A stretch of DNA of 64,000 bases from IMG/VR virus record IMGVR_UViG_3300023100_000003, positions 30,755 to 94,754 of that record. The stretch is one strand, 5' to 3'. Each line of letters starts with the position of its first letter. The first letter of the stretch is position 1. The translations under genes were made by a program, and so were the position numbers. The notes beneath the pieces were generated by a model that searched no databases, was not told the origin of the DNA, and saw only the letters and a list, made by a program, of their open reading frames with translations. This stretch comes from a virus (Duplodnaviria > Caudoviricetes). Positions 62,833 through 64,000 of the stretch are shown piece after piece.

Positions 62833-64000
62833 TAGATAACACTCCAGTTAGCGCCAGTAGAAATTAAGTCCACAGAAGCTTGTGGAGCGAGTGTAATAGT
62901 TGTTGTACCATCAATTGTTTGTGAGCTAGTTGTACTAACTACCACAGAAGCTGAATGGTTATTCTTGATTGTGTAGCGGTTAGTATTTCCTACAGCAGTT
63001 GGTAATGTTGGAGCATGAGCACCAGCTAAGAGATATACATAATCTGTACTAGGAGCTGAAGCAGCTGTAAAGCTACCACTTGTAACTATAATAGAACGAG
63101 ATATTCCACCAGCACTTACCCCAGCACTCCATGCACTAAATGTACCTGATGTTTTACGTCTTGTGTACATTACATTATTGATAATATCCCACGCTACTTG
63201 ACTAGCTGTGTTAGAATCAACATGTGTGTGGTTAAGAAGTAATCCAGTAGCTACAACAGGAATACCAGTTGCACCAGTTGAAGTGTTAATGAACTTACCA
63301 GTAACAGCAATAGTATCCCAGTTATCATTACTTACAGGAGCAGTACCTAAACCATAATCCCCTACCTTTAACAGTCTACCAGCTGTGACATCAATTGAAG
63401 ATGAAGTAACATTGGCAGGAGCTAAGTAGTCTGTACCGGATGTAGCAGCTGATATAGCTGTACCATTACCTTTTAACAGTCCTGTGACACTCGTAGAGAT
63501 CGTTATAGCTGGGGTGGTAGTAGCAGTAGCCACTGAACCTGCAAAGCCATTGGCACTGACTACAGAAGCCGTAGTGACCGTTCCTGACCCACCACCAGAG
63601 ATTACAATATCACCACTACCGATAATGGAAGTACCATTAATAGTTTTTAGATCAGTTCCACTTACTGCTGCACTTATTGCAGTGCCATTTCCCTTAAGAA
63701 TACCTGTAACAGATGTTCCTAGGGTGATAGCTGGGGTACTTGTAGCTGTCGCTACAGATCCACTCAACCCATTAGCAGATACTACGGACACTGTGGTTAC
63801 TCCACCAGATGTAGCTGCTGTCCAAGATCCCCATGTACCAGATGCCTTATTACGTGTATAAACAGCACCACTAGCTGTATTCCAAGCCATTTGAGTTGCT
63901 GTGTTAGCATCAATGTAAGTGTTGGTCATTAATAGACCAGCAGTAGCTTCTGGAATACCTGTAGCTGATGTAGATGTGTTACGATATTTACCACTAGCAA
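62832..64000 (-). CDS. Tail fibre protein, C-terminal part (continues beyond the right edge)
   Basis: Repeated SVVSANG..GSVATAT.TPAIT..TSVTG.LKGNGTAISAA units and knob-like repeats (Q.AW...YTR.K.SGT[WF]..W); the frame stays open to the edge. Confidence 0.8.
   Translation of the reverse strand, partial: ASGKYRNTSTSATGIPEATAGLLMTNTYIDANTATQMAWNTASGAVYTRNKASGTWGSWTAATSGGVTTVSVVSANGLSGSVATATSTPAITLGTSVTGILKGNGTAISAAVSGTDLKTINGTSIIGSGDIVISGGGSGTVTTASVVSANGFAGSVATATTTPAITISTSVTGLLKGNGTAISAATSGTDYLAPANVTSSSIDVTAGRLLKVGDYGLGTAPVSNDNWDTIAVTGKFINTSTGATGIPVVATGLLLNHTHVDSNTASQVAWDIINNVMYTRRKTSGTFSAWSAGVSAGGISRSIIVTSGSFTAASAPSTDYVYLLAGAHAPTLPTAVGNTNRYTIKNNHSASVVVSTTSSQTIDGTTTITLAPQASVDLISTGANWSVI

Noticed and set aside
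61972-63861. Plus-strand ORFs 61972-62199 and 63484-63861
   Set aside because: Antisense to Thr/Ala-rich structural genes
1-64000. Diversity-generating retroelement, retron, integrase or stop-codon reassignment
   Set aside because: No RT or recombinase motifs seen, core genes are intact in the standard code, and there is no suppressor tRNA

Overview
This window is 64 kb of an AT-rich, apparently lytic tailed dsDNA phage; I saw no integrase, repressor, reverse transcriptase or CRISPR array. The host is probably a non-enteric Gram-negative bacterium, inferred from sigma70-type promoters, lipoproteins, an OM beta-barrel-like protein and a chromosomal parS. Layout: (1) 1-6.7 kb, minus strand: large terminase running off the left edge, two tRNAs and structured RNA, HNH and EndoVII nucleases, and an exonuclease-less family-A/T7-RNAP-like polymerase (TV-Pol-like). 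(2) 7.1-19.6 kb, plus strand: PhoH, HslV-like peptidase, HAD nucleotidase, dCMP deaminase, Pol-beta-type nucleotidyltransferase, SLOG protein. (3) 19.6-20.55 kb: gene-free, probably at or near the genome end. (4) 20.6-31 kb: tiny early genes behind tandem sigma70 promoters. (5) 31-61.5 kb: replication and nucleotide metabolism (primase-helicase, family B polymerase, SSB, exonuclease, dNMP kinase, divergent ThyA, intein-containing NrdA, NrdB). (6) 61.6-64 kb, minus strand: tail-fibre-like genes. The best candidate for an undescribed system is the non-coding block at 19.99-20.55 kb. It holds a canonical bacterial centromere (parS, TGTTTCACGTGGAACA) inside an array of eight mini-hairpins with C-GTA-G, C-GTAA-G or C-ATA-G loops, next to an HTH gene and upstream of the early promoters, with no ParB in the window. 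Two other signals may relate to it: the orphan TV-Pol-like polymerase, and a dispersed ACGTCTACA-N26/27-TAGTATTCC element. Together these suggest, as inference only, a module that recruits host ParB/SMC and offers hairpin start sites on the entering DNA. All protein calls are motif recognition by eye; no database searches were run.
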